Source of the DNA: a virus
Lineage: Duplodnaviria; Caudoviricetes
IMG/VR virus record: IMGVR_UViG_3300016649_000355
DNA length: 64,000 nt
Strand: one strand, 5' to 3'
The notes beneath the pieces are model-generated. The model was not told where the DNA came from, did not search any database, and saw only the letters and a list, made by a program, of their open reading frames with translations. The position numbers and the translations under genes are program-made. Shown piece by piece: positions 19,824 through 29,124 of this stretch; the first letter of the stretch is position 1; each line of letters opens with the position of its first letter.

Positions 19824-21677
19824 ATGGACATAAAAGAATTAGAATCTTTCAAGCTTTCAGATGCGATAAAATTTCACGACCGTTTAAATCCTAGATTATG
19901 GCGTGGTAATAAACTACTGCCTGAAGTCAAAAAACAATTAGAGTTGATCGCTGACGATTTCATCACAGAATTAGGTATCTCAGGACTTAATGTAGAAGAC
20001 ATAACATTGTCCGGATCTAACGCAGCATATACCTATACACCAAATAGCGATCTCGATCTACACATACTTGTAGACATGAATAAATTGAAGAACGATGAAG
20101 TTTATCGTGAATTATTCCAAGCTAAGAAAACATTGTACAATGACTCACATGATATAAAGATTCATGGAGTTCCCGTAGAATTATATGTGCAGGATACTAA
20201 TGAACCTGTAAAAAGTTTAGGCGAGTATAGTTTATTGCGTGATGAGTGGATTAAGATTCCTAAAAAAAGAAAAGCAGAGTTCGATCAACAAGCCGCAAGA
20301 TTGAAATATGAGAAATTAGAATCATTGATACACAATACCATGAAATCTAAAAAGGCAGAAAAGATCGATGAATTATTAAAGACTATCAAACGATATAGAC
20401 AAGCAGGATTAGACAAGGCGGGTGAGTTCAGTCCAGAAAACTTAGCATACAAAGCGTTGAGGAACAAGGGTTATATACAAAAGTTATATGATCTAAGAAA
20501 TATATTACATACCAAAGAACTGAGTATAGAAAATATATATGTAAAAGAAGATTATCATCCTAATGCTAAACCACGCGGATCCGAGTATGAAAAAGATAAT
20601 GTTATAACAGAAGAGGCTTGGCTCGATCAACTTGTTAAAGATTTAAAAAATAAAGATAAAGATAAAACATATGAATTAACTGATGCTATCGAAGACTGGC
20701 ATACTATGAACGAAACTGTGAATAGCGTAGATGTCATACTAGCCAGTAATGAAGCAAAACCATTTAAAACACCTCCCAATAATATCAAAATACTTTATAG
20801 GGCAATCGTACCTAAAAACCGTGATATCAATTCAATCAAATCAAATGGAAAGATCGTTGCCTTCGCTACTGATATCAACGGCGCACATGAATTTATGCGA
20901 TCAATAGATGTTATGCAAAGATATGTGATCATCAAGAAAGAATTCAGAAGACAAGATTTTGTATTAGATTATACTAGTTTCTATGAAACATATGATACAG
21001 ATAGACCAGGATCACGATATATCAGCGAACATGAAGTGTGGATGAAGAATACTCCATATTATAGATCAGCCAAGAAAGATGAGATAGTCTATGACAGTGA
21101 TAAAGATGAGAATTTAAATGAAGTTTCAGGATCTTTACAGAATATAAATCAAGATAATGAGAATGGAAGTTTAGAAGGATATGTGGTAGATACTGATCAA
21201 CCGCAGTTATTTAATTACTTACAAAGTCAAGGTGCTGACCCTATAATAGCAAAAAAGATAGCAAAAAAGTTTAAAAGAATCGGTATCATTCGCAATATGT
21301 ATGTTGATGAAGAATTCAGAAATCAAGGCTTAGGGAGTGATTTAATTAGCGATGCGATCAATGATGCATTTCTTGAAGGTGCTCAGGCTATCTTATTAGT
21401 CAGTGATCAAGGTGAGAGTAACGAATTTGATTTGACTAAATGGTATCAAAATTTTGGTTTTAAGAAAATTGGTATGGCAGGCACTGATCCTGTGATGCTA
21501 ATGACTAAACAAATTAATGAAGTCTCGGGATATATTCCAAGCGAAAAACAAAAGAATGATCCACGATTCAGCAATGCCCTGACTATAGATGTCAAACCCA
21601 ACAGCATTAAAAAGAATGCTAAGGCATTTGGGTTCGACATCAGTAGAGCAGGTATACCACCATTATTGAGGAAATAA
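19824..21677 (+). CDS. Multidomain protein: Pol-beta-type nucleotidyltransferase + ART-like module + GNAT acetyltransferase
   Basis: LSGSNA...SDLDLH (NTase); ILYRA..AFAT..SEHEV (ART-like); MYVDEEFRNQGLG...WYQNFGF (GNAT). Confidence 0.7.
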   Translation: MDIKELESFKLSDAIKFHDRLNPRLWRGNKLLPEVKKQLELIADDFITELGISGLNVEDITLSGSNAAYTYTPNSDLDLHILVDMNKLKNDEVYRELFQAKKTLYNDSHDIKIHGVPVELYVQDTNEPVKSLGEYSLLRDEWIKIPKKRKAEFDQQAARLKYEKLESLIHNTMKSKKAEKIDELLKTIKRYRQAGLDKAGEFSPENLAYKALRNKGYIQKLYDLRNILHTKELSIENIYVKEDYHPNAKPRGSEYEKDNVITEEAWLDQLVKDLKNKDKDKTYELTDAIEDWHTMNETVNSVDVILASNEAKPFKTPPNNIKILYRAIVPKNRDINSIKSNGKIVAFATDINGAHEFMRSIDVMQRYVIIKKEFRRQDFVLDYTSFYETYDTDRPGSRYISEHEVWMKNTPYYRSAKKDEIVYDSDKDENLNEVSGSLQNINQDNENGSLEGYVVDTDQPQLFNYLQSQGADPIIAKKIAKKFKRIGIIRNMYVDEEFRNQGLGSDLISDAINDAFLEGAQAILLVSDQGESNEFDLTKWYQNFGFKKIGMAGTDPVMLMTKQINEVSGYIPSEKQKNDPRFSNALTIDVKPNSIKKNAKAFGFDISRAGIPPLLRK

Positions 21678-21678
21678 A

Positions 21679-22422
21679 ATGGAATTACGAGGAGTAAACA
21701 TAACCAATTTAAATATAGTAACCAGTCCCGGGGTAACACCTCCGCCCTCACCAGTGACCACTGGTTTAGTTTTATATTACGATCCAAGCAATAGTTCAAG
21801 TTATTCTGGTAGTGGCACAACAGTCAATAGTCTTGTAAGTCCTAATCTGACAGGTACTATGACTAATATAACTTATACCAGTCCTTACTTTAGTTATAAT
21901 GGTACAAGTTCTACAGTTTCAATAGCAGATAGTGCATCATTAGAACCAGGCTCAGGTGACTTTACTATTGAGGCATGGGTCTATTATACCACTATCACAG
22001 GTAGTAGTCGTGTGATCATGGGCAAAACTAACGGCGGTCTTGCAGCAGATTGGGGATATGGATTGAGAACAGGCAGCAACGGAGCAACTTTCTTTGAAGT
22101 AGGCAACGGAACAACATCAATTCCATCATCTAATTTCACTGCTAGTACTGGACAATGGTATCAGGTAGTGGGTGTATGGACTAATGTAGCATCAAACTCT
22201 ATTGCTCTATATCGGAATGGCACACTCATTGGCAGCAATAGTCATTCATTTGCCAGCGTGAAAGATACCACTAGTCCACTATATCTTGGATCATTCAATG
22301 GTGGTCAATTTTCACAATGGTTGAACGGTCGCACAGGCATCATAAGATACTATAATACTGCACTATCTGGCGCAGATGTATTGCAGAATTTCAACGCAAA
22401 TAAAGCATTATACGGTTTGTAA
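21679..22422 (+). CDS. LamG/concanavalin-A-like lectin domain protein
   Basis: DFTIEAWVY, WYQVVGVW, LYRNG, IRYYNTALS. Confidence 0.8.
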   Translation: MELRGVNITNLNIVTSPGVTPPPSPVTTGLVLYYDPSNSSSYSGSGTTVNSLVSPNLTGTMTNITYTSPYFSYNGTSSTVSIADSASLEPGSGDFTIEAWVYYTTITGSSRVIMGKTNGGLAADWGYGLRTGSNGATFFEVGNGTTSIPSSNFTASTGQWYQVVGVWTNVASNSIALYRNGTLIGSNSHSFASVKDTTSPLYLGSFNGGQFSQWLNGRTGIIRYYNTALSGADVLQNFNANKALYGL

Positions 22423-22460
22423 TAAATCTGATAAATAGTATATAACCACGGAATCGTATC

Positions 22461-23474
22461 ATGAAAATCAATCAAATCACTGAATCAACAACCGCAGGAT
22501 CTATAGCTACAGTTGAAGGGGGTCAGGGCCAAACTCAATATAGAAATCCTAGCATCTATGGATTAACATCCGGTGAGTCTATGCTTAAAGGCAAAAAGAC
22601 TAAAAAGAAATTCGCAAATAGCCTCAATGAGGGCAAAGTCAAAGAACTCATGATGGATTTAGCTAATCCCCCCCGTGGATTGAGTGATGAAGAATTCAAA
22701 AAAGTTTACAAGATGACAAAACAAGAAGCAAGACAACTGATGAAAGTTAACGAACAAGAAGTCAATGAAGCAGATTTGATATTAGTTCCTGGCCAGGGTC
22801 ATAGAATGAAGCCTGGCTTCATCGCTAGAGACATGGATAGAACTGATCGTGAGATAGAGATGGCAAGCGGTGATTTATATCAGGCGGCAAAAAATGCTAA
22901 AATGATCTATGACATGATCAAAGACATTCCCGAAGAGCGTGGATTAGAAGGATGGGTTCAGGAAAAGATCACTAAAGCAGCAGACTATCTAAACACTGTC
23001 CGTGAATACATAGAACAGAAAAGAATGGCAAATGAGAACGGCGGGGTCATCGCAGGATTTGGAATCGCAGAAACGGCTGAGAAAGTATTAAATGACGGCA
23101 TGAAGAATCTCAAGGCAATACACGCTGCAATTGAAAAGGGCGGTGATGCATTGTTTACATTTAATGGTAAATTCAAGGATGTACCTAGCGAGTATTTAAG
23201 GGCATTGCGCGGTACTTATACTGCATCATTGAAAAATGATAGACAACAAGATATGTTAAATATTCTAGGTGATGAAAACAAATTCAACAGATTAATGCAA
23301 CGATTAGACGATGAATTATTTGCTAAGTATCGTGATGTAAGCGAGAGAAAAAAGAATCTTTATCCGATAGGCATGGCACAGGCGATGAAGTCTACAGGTG
23401 ACAAGCCTCCCCTAGAGAAATCAACCATTGTTAAAGCACATGATATCGCTAGATCAATACAGCGCAAGGGTTAA
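22461..23474 (+). CDS. Mosaic putative internal head protein
   Basis: MKINQITE leader; several xNE linkers; GLEGWVQEKITKAADYL module. Confidence 0.6.
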   Translation: MKINQITESTTAGSIATVEGGQGQTQYRNPSIYGLTSGESMLKGKKTKKKFANSLNEGKVKELMMDLANPPRGLSDEEFKKVYKMTKQEARQLMKVNEQEVNEADLILVPGQGHRMKPGFIARDMDRTDREIEMASGDLYQAAKNAKMIYDMIKDIPEERGLEGWVQEKITKAADYLNTVREYIEQKRMANENGGVIAGFGIAETAEKVLNDGMKNLKAIHAAIEKGGDALFTFNGKFKDVPSEYLRALRGTYTASLKNDRQQDMLNILGDENKFNRLMQRLDDELFAKYRDVSERKKNLYPIGMAQAMKSTGDKPPLEKSTIVKAHDIARSIQRKG

Positions 23475-23476
23475 TC

Positions 23477-26254
23477 ATGAGCAAGATCATAGAAGGCATA
23501 CAGTTATCAGAGAAGAAAAAGAAGCCAAAGCCAACCAGCCCCGAAAAATGGTCTAGAGCTAAAGCAAAAGCCCGAAGCAAGTTCGATGTATATCCTTCAG
23601 CATATGCTAATGCTTATGCTGCTAAAGAATACAAAAAAATGGGCGGTGGCTGGAGAATGGGCGAAAGCACTGAAGAAGTTGATGAAAGTGCATTACAGGC
23701 ATATCTAGGTAATAAAAAATATGGTAAAGACGGCATGAATGCTCTGAGAAGGGCAGGCCGTGAAGGTGCTAGCAGAGAACAAATGGCAAAAATTCGGGAC
23801 AGATATAATAAGTTGGACGAGGAAATAATCACACAAAAAACGATACACGATTTAGCAGATAGCAGAGGAATCAAATGGGACAATGAACCCAGTTTTTTGA
23901 GATTGACCAAAAGGCTGACAGGCAAAGAACATCTAGATCAACTTAATCAAGAAGAGTTGATAAAAATCAAAAAATATCTTGAAAATCAAGGTGTGGCGGA
24001 AGGCTTAACGGAAGCTAGAGACAGTTTGTTTGCCTTTGTGAAGCGACATTTTCCAACTTGGCCTGACTATGTGTTGAAAGACTTCTTGTATTCACAAGCC
24101 AAGGGCATTCGTGATCAGGCAGAGTTAGATGATTTTCTTAAAAGAAACAAACAAGACTTTGGCGATTGTAAATGGACACTAACTAAATTGCCCATAACCT
24201 TTGATATCTTTACACCCAAGACTCAGCGTATGCTTGCCAGTAGAGAAGGCGGTAGTTCTAATCCTTTTCAAGTACCGCGTGATGCTGAAAGACACGCATT
24301 GCAATCACAAATGATACAGCAAAAGGGTGTGAGTGCAGAACCAATTATTGTTGCCAAATTGTCCAACGGCTATGATTTGATCGAAGGTTGGCATAGAACT
24401 ATTCAGCATTTGAAGGCATTCCCTCAAGGATACACTGGTCCTGCTTGGGTATGCACCGGAGCCACATACAAAAGTGAAAGTGTCAGGCAAGGTGTGGCGG
24501 AAGACTTGTTAGCAGAGATGGATAAAAGTGCTCCGCAACCTGGTCGTGATGGTCGAGTAAGTCACAGCACCTATGGATCCAGAGATAAAGGTGGTAGTAA
24601 AGGACCTGAAAAAGAAGCCAAACCAATCACAGCAAAAAAAGCTAAACAAGCCGCACTTGATATACTGAAGAAACAAGGTGTGGCGGAAGGCTCATTAGAT
24701 GAAATCAACCGTAGAGGATTCTTGAAAGGCTTAGGTGCGGCGGCTGTGGCAGGTGCGGCTGGTGGTGCTAAGGCTGATAGATTTTGGCAACAAGATGAAC
24801 TAACAAAACAATTTAAAGGCCAAATGACTTCTGAAACATTTAATGGAGCAGTTATACATTGGGATGAAGAACGAAAGATTGCTAGTCTAGCATTAACTCA
24901 ACCTACTAATTTTAGTATTAATAATGTTAAACAGAATAGATTATATTTTCCAAAGTTTACATCAACTAACTTTATTATAAAAATAGGCGAAAATTCTCCA
25001 TTAAATGGTACCGGAACTCCTTATCAATTTCCTTTAAGGCAGTTAGGTGATTATGAAGGTAACGGATTAATAATTTTACGCGGCAATCAATTTACTAAGG
25101 TTAGAGAAGATTTTATCAATGCAGATAAAGTTCTCATCAGAGTAGAGGTCGATGGCCTTCCAACTACAATGACATTTCATGACAATCTAGGATACATTCA
25201 GCAAAGACAGACACAACGAAAACAACCAATTTTAGATAAAATTTATCAAGAAGAAAAAAAAGGTAGCACTGTGTCTGGGTTTCATGGAATATATTCTGCT
25301 ATTCAATTAAGATCAATACTAGAACCCTTTAAAGATCAAATTCCTGGACAGTTTGAACTGTTGGATCAGGAAATTAATACTTTACTTTCTAACACACAAG
25401 GACACCAGATTGCTAAAGACATTGAAGAACAAATAAAAAAAGATAAATCTCTTAAAGACCTTATTAAAAGTGACGAAAAATATAAACATCTGTTAGTCAG
25501 CGATGCTGAGACTGCTAATCGTTGGCTCGCATCAGTTTACGGAAAGGTAATGATAAGATTAAAAGAATATAACACCATGCTGAGTCAGATTAAAGAAAGC
25601 GTTGAGCAAGGTGTCTCGGAAGGCTCATTAGATGAAAATTGGAAAAATAAACTAGCTGCTGGGGCATTATCCGCTGCAATGGGATTAGGCGCGATGGGAG
25701 CAGCCAATGCTCAGAATGTAAAACAAACTGATCTAGGAAATGACTTTGTATCTACCTCGATAGAAGTTGCCGGTCACAATTTAAATGCTGTATATGATGA
25801 TGTGACTAAAACATATTTCACGCTCAACAAGAATCCAAATACTGGTTATTCAATATACAAGACTCCGGCCCGTTATATAGCAATTAAAAATGGAAAAGTA
25901 GAACCAATGTCAAAACTTGGTCCAAAAACACTTGACGCAATGAGTAAAGCAGGATTAGAAAATGATGTAAAAGAAGATACCACCATGCGATTCGCAGCAG
26001 AAAAATTACCGGCACAAAATCCCTACGGTGGAGTAAAGGATAGACAATTTCGTGGCGCGATAGCAGAGACAGAAGCAGTGAATCGCAATGACGGTGATGG
26101 CTGGCGCTGGTATGAACCCCGCGAACAAGAACAATTAGATGAATTGAAATGCTGGCCCGGTTACACTAGGGTCAAGGGAGTGCCTGCAGGCGCAGTTGGT
26201 AGCTGCAAAAAGAAGACCAAAGAAAGCTCTATCATGAAGGGCTTGCAGAAATGA
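23477..26254 (+). CDS. Mosaic polyprotein (basic module, ParB-like module, Tat- and Sec-like signal-bearing modules)
   Basis: QGV(A/S)E linkers; PIIV...YDLIEGWHR (ParB-like); NRRGFLK (Tat motif). Confidence 0.65.
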   Translation: MSKIIEGIQLSEKKKKPKPTSPEKWSRAKAKARSKFDVYPSAYANAYAAKEYKKMGGGWRMGESTEEVDESALQAYLGNKKYGKDGMNALRRAGREGASREQMAKIRDRYNKLDEEIITQKTIHDLADSRGIKWDNEPSFLRLTKRLTGKEHLDQLNQEELIKIKKYLENQGVAEGLTEARDSLFAFVKRHFPTWPDYVLKDFLYSQAKGIRDQAELDDFLKRNKQDFGDCKWTLTKLPITFDIFTPKTQRMLASREGGSSNPFQVPRDAERHALQSQMIQQKGVSAEPIIVAKLSNGYDLIEGWHRTIQHLKAFPQGYTGPAWVCTGATYKSESVRQGVAEDLLAEMDKSAPQPGRDGRVSHSTYGSRDKGGSKGPEKEAKPITAKKAKQAALDILKKQGVAEGSLDEINRRGFLKGLGAAAVAGAAGGAKADRFWQQDELTKQFKGQMTSETFNGAVIHWDEERKIASLALTQPTNFSINNVKQNRLYFPKFTSTNFIIKIGENSPLNGTGTPYQFPLRQLGDYEGNGLIILRGNQFTKVREDFINADKVLIRVEVDGLPTTMTFHDNLGYIQQRQTQRKQPILDKIYQEEKKGSTVSGFHGIYSAIQLRSILEPFKDQIPGQFELLDQEINTLLSNTQGHQIAKDIEEQIKKDKSLKDLIKSDEKYKHLLVSDAETANRWLASVYGKVMIRLKEYNTMLSQIKESVEQGVSEGSLDENWKNKLAAGALSAAMGLGAMGAANAQNVKQTDLGNDFVSTSIEVAGHNLNAVYDDVTKTYFTLNKNPNTGYSIYKTPARYIAIKNGKVEPMSKLGPKTLDAMSKAGLENDVKEDTTMRFAAEKLPAQNPYGGVKDRQFRGAIAETEAVNRNDGDGWRWYEPREQEQLDELKCWPGYTRVKGVPAGAVGSCKKKTKESSIMKGLQK
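23987..24006 (+). repeat. Linker repeat copy 1 (QGVAEG)
   Basis: CAAGGTGTGGCGGAAGGCTT. Confidence 0.9.
24488..24505 (+). repeat. Linker repeat copy 2 (QGVAED)
   Basis: CAAGGTGTGGCGGAAGAC. Confidence 0.9.
24674..24704 (+). repeat. Linker repeat copy 3 (QGVAEGSLDE)
   Basis: CAAGGTGTGGCGGAAGGCTCATTAGATGAAA. Confidence 0.9.
25607..25637 (+). repeat. Linker repeat copy 4 (QGVSEGSLDE)
   Basis: CAAGGTGTCTCGGAAGGCTCATTAGATGAAA; 29/31 identical to copy 3. Confidence 0.9.
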
Positions 26255-26655
26255 GAGACTTGCTTGACATATTAGAAGCAGTTGAGAAAGGTTGCCCTCC
26301 CGCCACACAGAATATCGATCTCAACTTGCGCAATAGGCAAAAAGCCATCGATGAATATCATTATGGTCCACTAAATCCCAATGAACCCAACGATGAGTAT
26401 TGGCAAGAACTAGCAGATAAATGGAATACCGATGACATCGAAAGCGTGAAAAAGAATCGTTGCGGAAATTGTGCTGCATTTGACATAAGCGAGGATATGT
26501 TAGATTGTATAGCCAAAGGTATAGGCAGCGAGCCGGGAAGTGACCCACATGATACTATAGACGCCGGACATCTTGGATATTGTAAATTCTTGAAATTCAA
26601 ATGCGCAGCCAAAAGAACATGTGATGCCTGGGTAGAAGGTGGACCAATAACATGA
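26251..26655 (+). CDS. Cys-rich hypothetical protein, possible internal head protein
   Basis: MRDLLDILE leader; CGNC...C...C....TC pattern. Confidence 0.6.
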   Translation: MRDLLDILEAVEKGCPPATQNIDLNLRNRQKAIDEYHYGPLNPNEPNDEYWQELADKWNTDDIESVKKNRCGNCAAFDISEDMLDCIAKGIGSEPGSDPHDTIDAGHLGYCKFLKFKCAAKRTCDAWVEGGPIT

Positions 26656-27980
26656 GAGCAGATGAATTTATAAGTGAAGGCTCTTATCAAGGTGGGCTAC
26701 GCAAGTGGTTTAAAGAAAAGTGGGTAAATCTAGCTAAGAAGAAAAAGGGCGGTGGGTATGAACAATGTGGTTCTAGCGGTGACACCAAGGGATATGCGAA
26801 GTGTGTACCAGCAGCCAAAGCTGCAAGAATGTCAGACAAAGAAGAAAAGTCAGCTATCAATAGGAAGCGTTCAGCACAGCGCAAAGCAGGTAGACCCGGC
26901 AAACGATCCGGGGGTAAAGGCAAAACTCCAATCTTTGTCAAGACAAAGGTAAAAGAGGGCACCGATCAAGAGTTTTATACAGGTGGGGCATTAGGCTTGC
27001 CCTATCCTGGTACATATGAGCAAGAGAATGAACCGTTTAAAACTAAAGGTCAAAGAAGGATGGGTACATTGACCACAGAAGAAAGATATAAAGGCAATCT
27101 AGGATTAATGGAGTTGATAGCTTTCTTCAAGCAACATCCCGAACTATTGAAACAATTCAATGAGATTAAAAAAGAATATGGTGCTGAAAAATCATTGGAA
27201 TTCGCGTTACAACATATCAATAAAACATTAGAACCAGTATTGCAGGAAGGCATCAATGATCCATCAATTTTCAAGGTAGTGTTCGTTGTGGGAGGCCCGG
27301 GCAGCGGAAAAAGTTATGTATCTAGGCAGCTTGGATTAAATGCTATGGGATTAGTAACAATCAACAGCGACCATGCTTTTGAATATTTGATGCAAAAACA
27401 GGGCCTCGACTTGAAAATGCCACCAGAGGAAGAAATAGAACGAGACATAGTTCGAAATAGGGCGAAAGAAATAGTCAATAAAAAATCTGATTTAGCGATA
27501 GATGGAAGACTAGGATTACATATAGATGGTACTGGTTCTGATTTCACAAAGGTACAAAATCTAAAAAATAATTTTGACATGTTGGGCTACGATAGTTATC
27601 TGATTATTGTCAATACAAAGCTCGATGTGGCAAGATCGAGAAATCAATCAAGAAAAAGAAGTGTGCCAAATGATCTTTTGACTAAACGCTGGCGTGATGT
27701 GCAGAATAATATTGGTCGTTTCGCAGAGATATTTCCAAGATTCAGCATCATCGACAACAGTGGCGATATAAATAATACCGATTCACAGATCAACAAAGTA
27801 TATACAAGATTAGTTAAATTTTTAAACGAACCCCCCACAAAACCTATTGCTAGAAAATGGATAGAAGATCATAAATCTCAGGTGAACGAAAAGTGGTCAG
27901 AAAAATATAAGCGCAGCATAGATTGTAGTAATCCAAAAGGATTTAGCCAGAGGGCACATTGTCAAGGACGGAAAAAGTAA
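26652..27980 (+). CDS. Mosaic protein with P-loop kinase (zeta-toxin/AAA_33-like) module
   Basis: MRADEFISE leader; basic Cys module; VGGPGSGKS, IDGTG, ARSRNQSR. Confidence 0.7.
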   Translation: MRADEFISEGSYQGGLRKWFKEKWVNLAKKKKGGGYEQCGSSGDTKGYAKCVPAAKAARMSDKEEKSAINRKRSAQRKAGRPGKRSGGKGKTPIFVKTKVKEGTDQEFYTGGALGLPYPGTYEQENEPFKTKGQRRMGTLTTEERYKGNLGLMELIAFFKQHPELLKQFNEIKKEYGAEKSLEFALQHINKTLEPVLQEGINDPSIFKVVFVVGGPGSGKSYVSRQLGLNAMGLVTINSDHAFEYLMQKQGLDLKMPPEEEIERDIVRNRAKEIVNKKSDLAIDGRLGLHIDGTGSDFTKVQNLKNNFDMLGYDSYLIIVNTKLDVARSRNQSRKRSVPNDLLTKRWRDVQNNIGRFAEIFPRFSIIDNSGDINNTDSQINKVYTRLVKFLNEPPTKPIARKWIEDHKSQVNEKWSEKYKRSIDCSNPKGFSQRAHCQGRKK

Positions 27981-28423
27981 TGTTATCAGATACACTTAAA
28001 ACACTATTAGCAACAAGTTATGGATTTGCTATCAAGGCACAGAACTTTCACTGGAATGTTGAAGGTCCAGACTTTCCACAGTATCATGAATTCTTTGGAG
28101 AAATATATCAAGAAGTTTTCGATAATGCCATCGATCAAACTGCTGAGTATATAAGAACGCTTGGAAGCTATACTCCGGGTAGTTTCACGAGGTTGCACGA
28201 ATTATGCCAGATAGAAGATCAACTCAAGATTCCTAGGGCAGAACTGATGTTCGCTGAATTAGAGCAAGACAATCAAAAGTTATTAGACATGTTGAAGCAA
28301 GCCTTTCACATAGCTGAAGAAAGTGATGAGCAAGGCATAGCAAATTTCATCGCCGAGAGAATCGATGCGCATGCCAAACATGGCTGGATGTTGAGAGCAA
28401 CATTAAATAAAGCTAGGGCATAA
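27980..28423 (+). CDS. dps: Dps/ferritin-like protein
   Basis: NFHWNVEGPDFPQYHEFF, DQTAEYIRTLG, HAKHGWML. Confidence 0.9.
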   Translation: MLSDTLKTLLATSYGFAIKAQNFHWNVEGPDFPQYHEFFGEIYQEVFDNAIDQTAEYIRTLGSYTPGSFTRLHELCQIEDQLKIPRAELMFAELEQDNQKLLDMLKQAFHIAEESDEQGIANFIAERIDAHAKHGWMLRATLNKARA

Positions 28424-28437
28424 GATAAATATTCTCT

Positions 28438-29124
28438 ATGCGTATTATAGAGATATGTGAGTCTATAGAAGAGGCTGAGAAAGACACGGATGAGTCTAAC
28501 GAGATCGTAAAAGTTTTTAAACAAAACGGATACAATCAGGTAGGTTCAGGTGCTGACGCTACTGTATGGGCTAAAGATGCGGGCAGCGTGATAAAGATAT
28601 TGATGCCTGACAGCGAGGATATAACAAAAGCAGCATTTACTTTCAAGAAGTTCTATACATTTTGTAAGAACAATGAGAGTGTTGCCTGCTTGCCTAAATT
28701 TATTCCTATACAAGGAAAAGACTATCAATCTTTTCAGCTTGGTACTAAAAAGTATTTGCAAATATCAATGGAAGAGTTGAGACCTATTCCAACACTTTCG
28801 TTTGATGAAGGTATAGTGTGGTTTTTTAGTGATTTTGTGATACATGATACCCGTTGGGATGATGTCAATAAAAAATTATTGAATGCAAGGATCTGGGCAG
28901 ATCACAACTGGAAGCAATCTGAACAGTATGCTGAACAATGGAAAAATCTTACTATAGAAAAAAGAATGGAATATCGGATATTATACATGACTATGAATCT
29001 GTTATACAAGACAGGTAAGATCAATAAATTAGGTTGGGATCTGCATACTGAAAATGCCATGATGCGCGGTGATACAATCGTTATCACTGACCCATGGTTT
29101 GAAAGATATTCAGGATCATTATGA
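28438..29124 (+). CDS. Protein kinase-like fold protein
   Basis: VGSGADATVW, VIKIL, ISMEEL, WDLHTEN, ITDPW. Confidence 0.7.
   Translation: MRIIEICESIEEAEKDTDESNEIVKVFKQNGYNQVGSGADATVWAKDAGSVIKILMPDSEDITKAAFTFKKFYTFCKNNESVACLPKFIPIQGKDYQSFQLGTKKYLQISMEELRPIPTLSFDEGIVWFFSDFVIHDTRWDDVNKKLLNARIWADHNWKQSEQYAEQWKNLTIEKRMEYRILYMTMNLLYKTGKINKLGWDLHTENAMMRGDTIVITDPWFERYSGSL

Noticed and set aside
23987-25637. QGVAE repeats as a CRISPR array
   Set aside because: Spacers are 186-933 nt, in-frame and coding, and no cas genes are present
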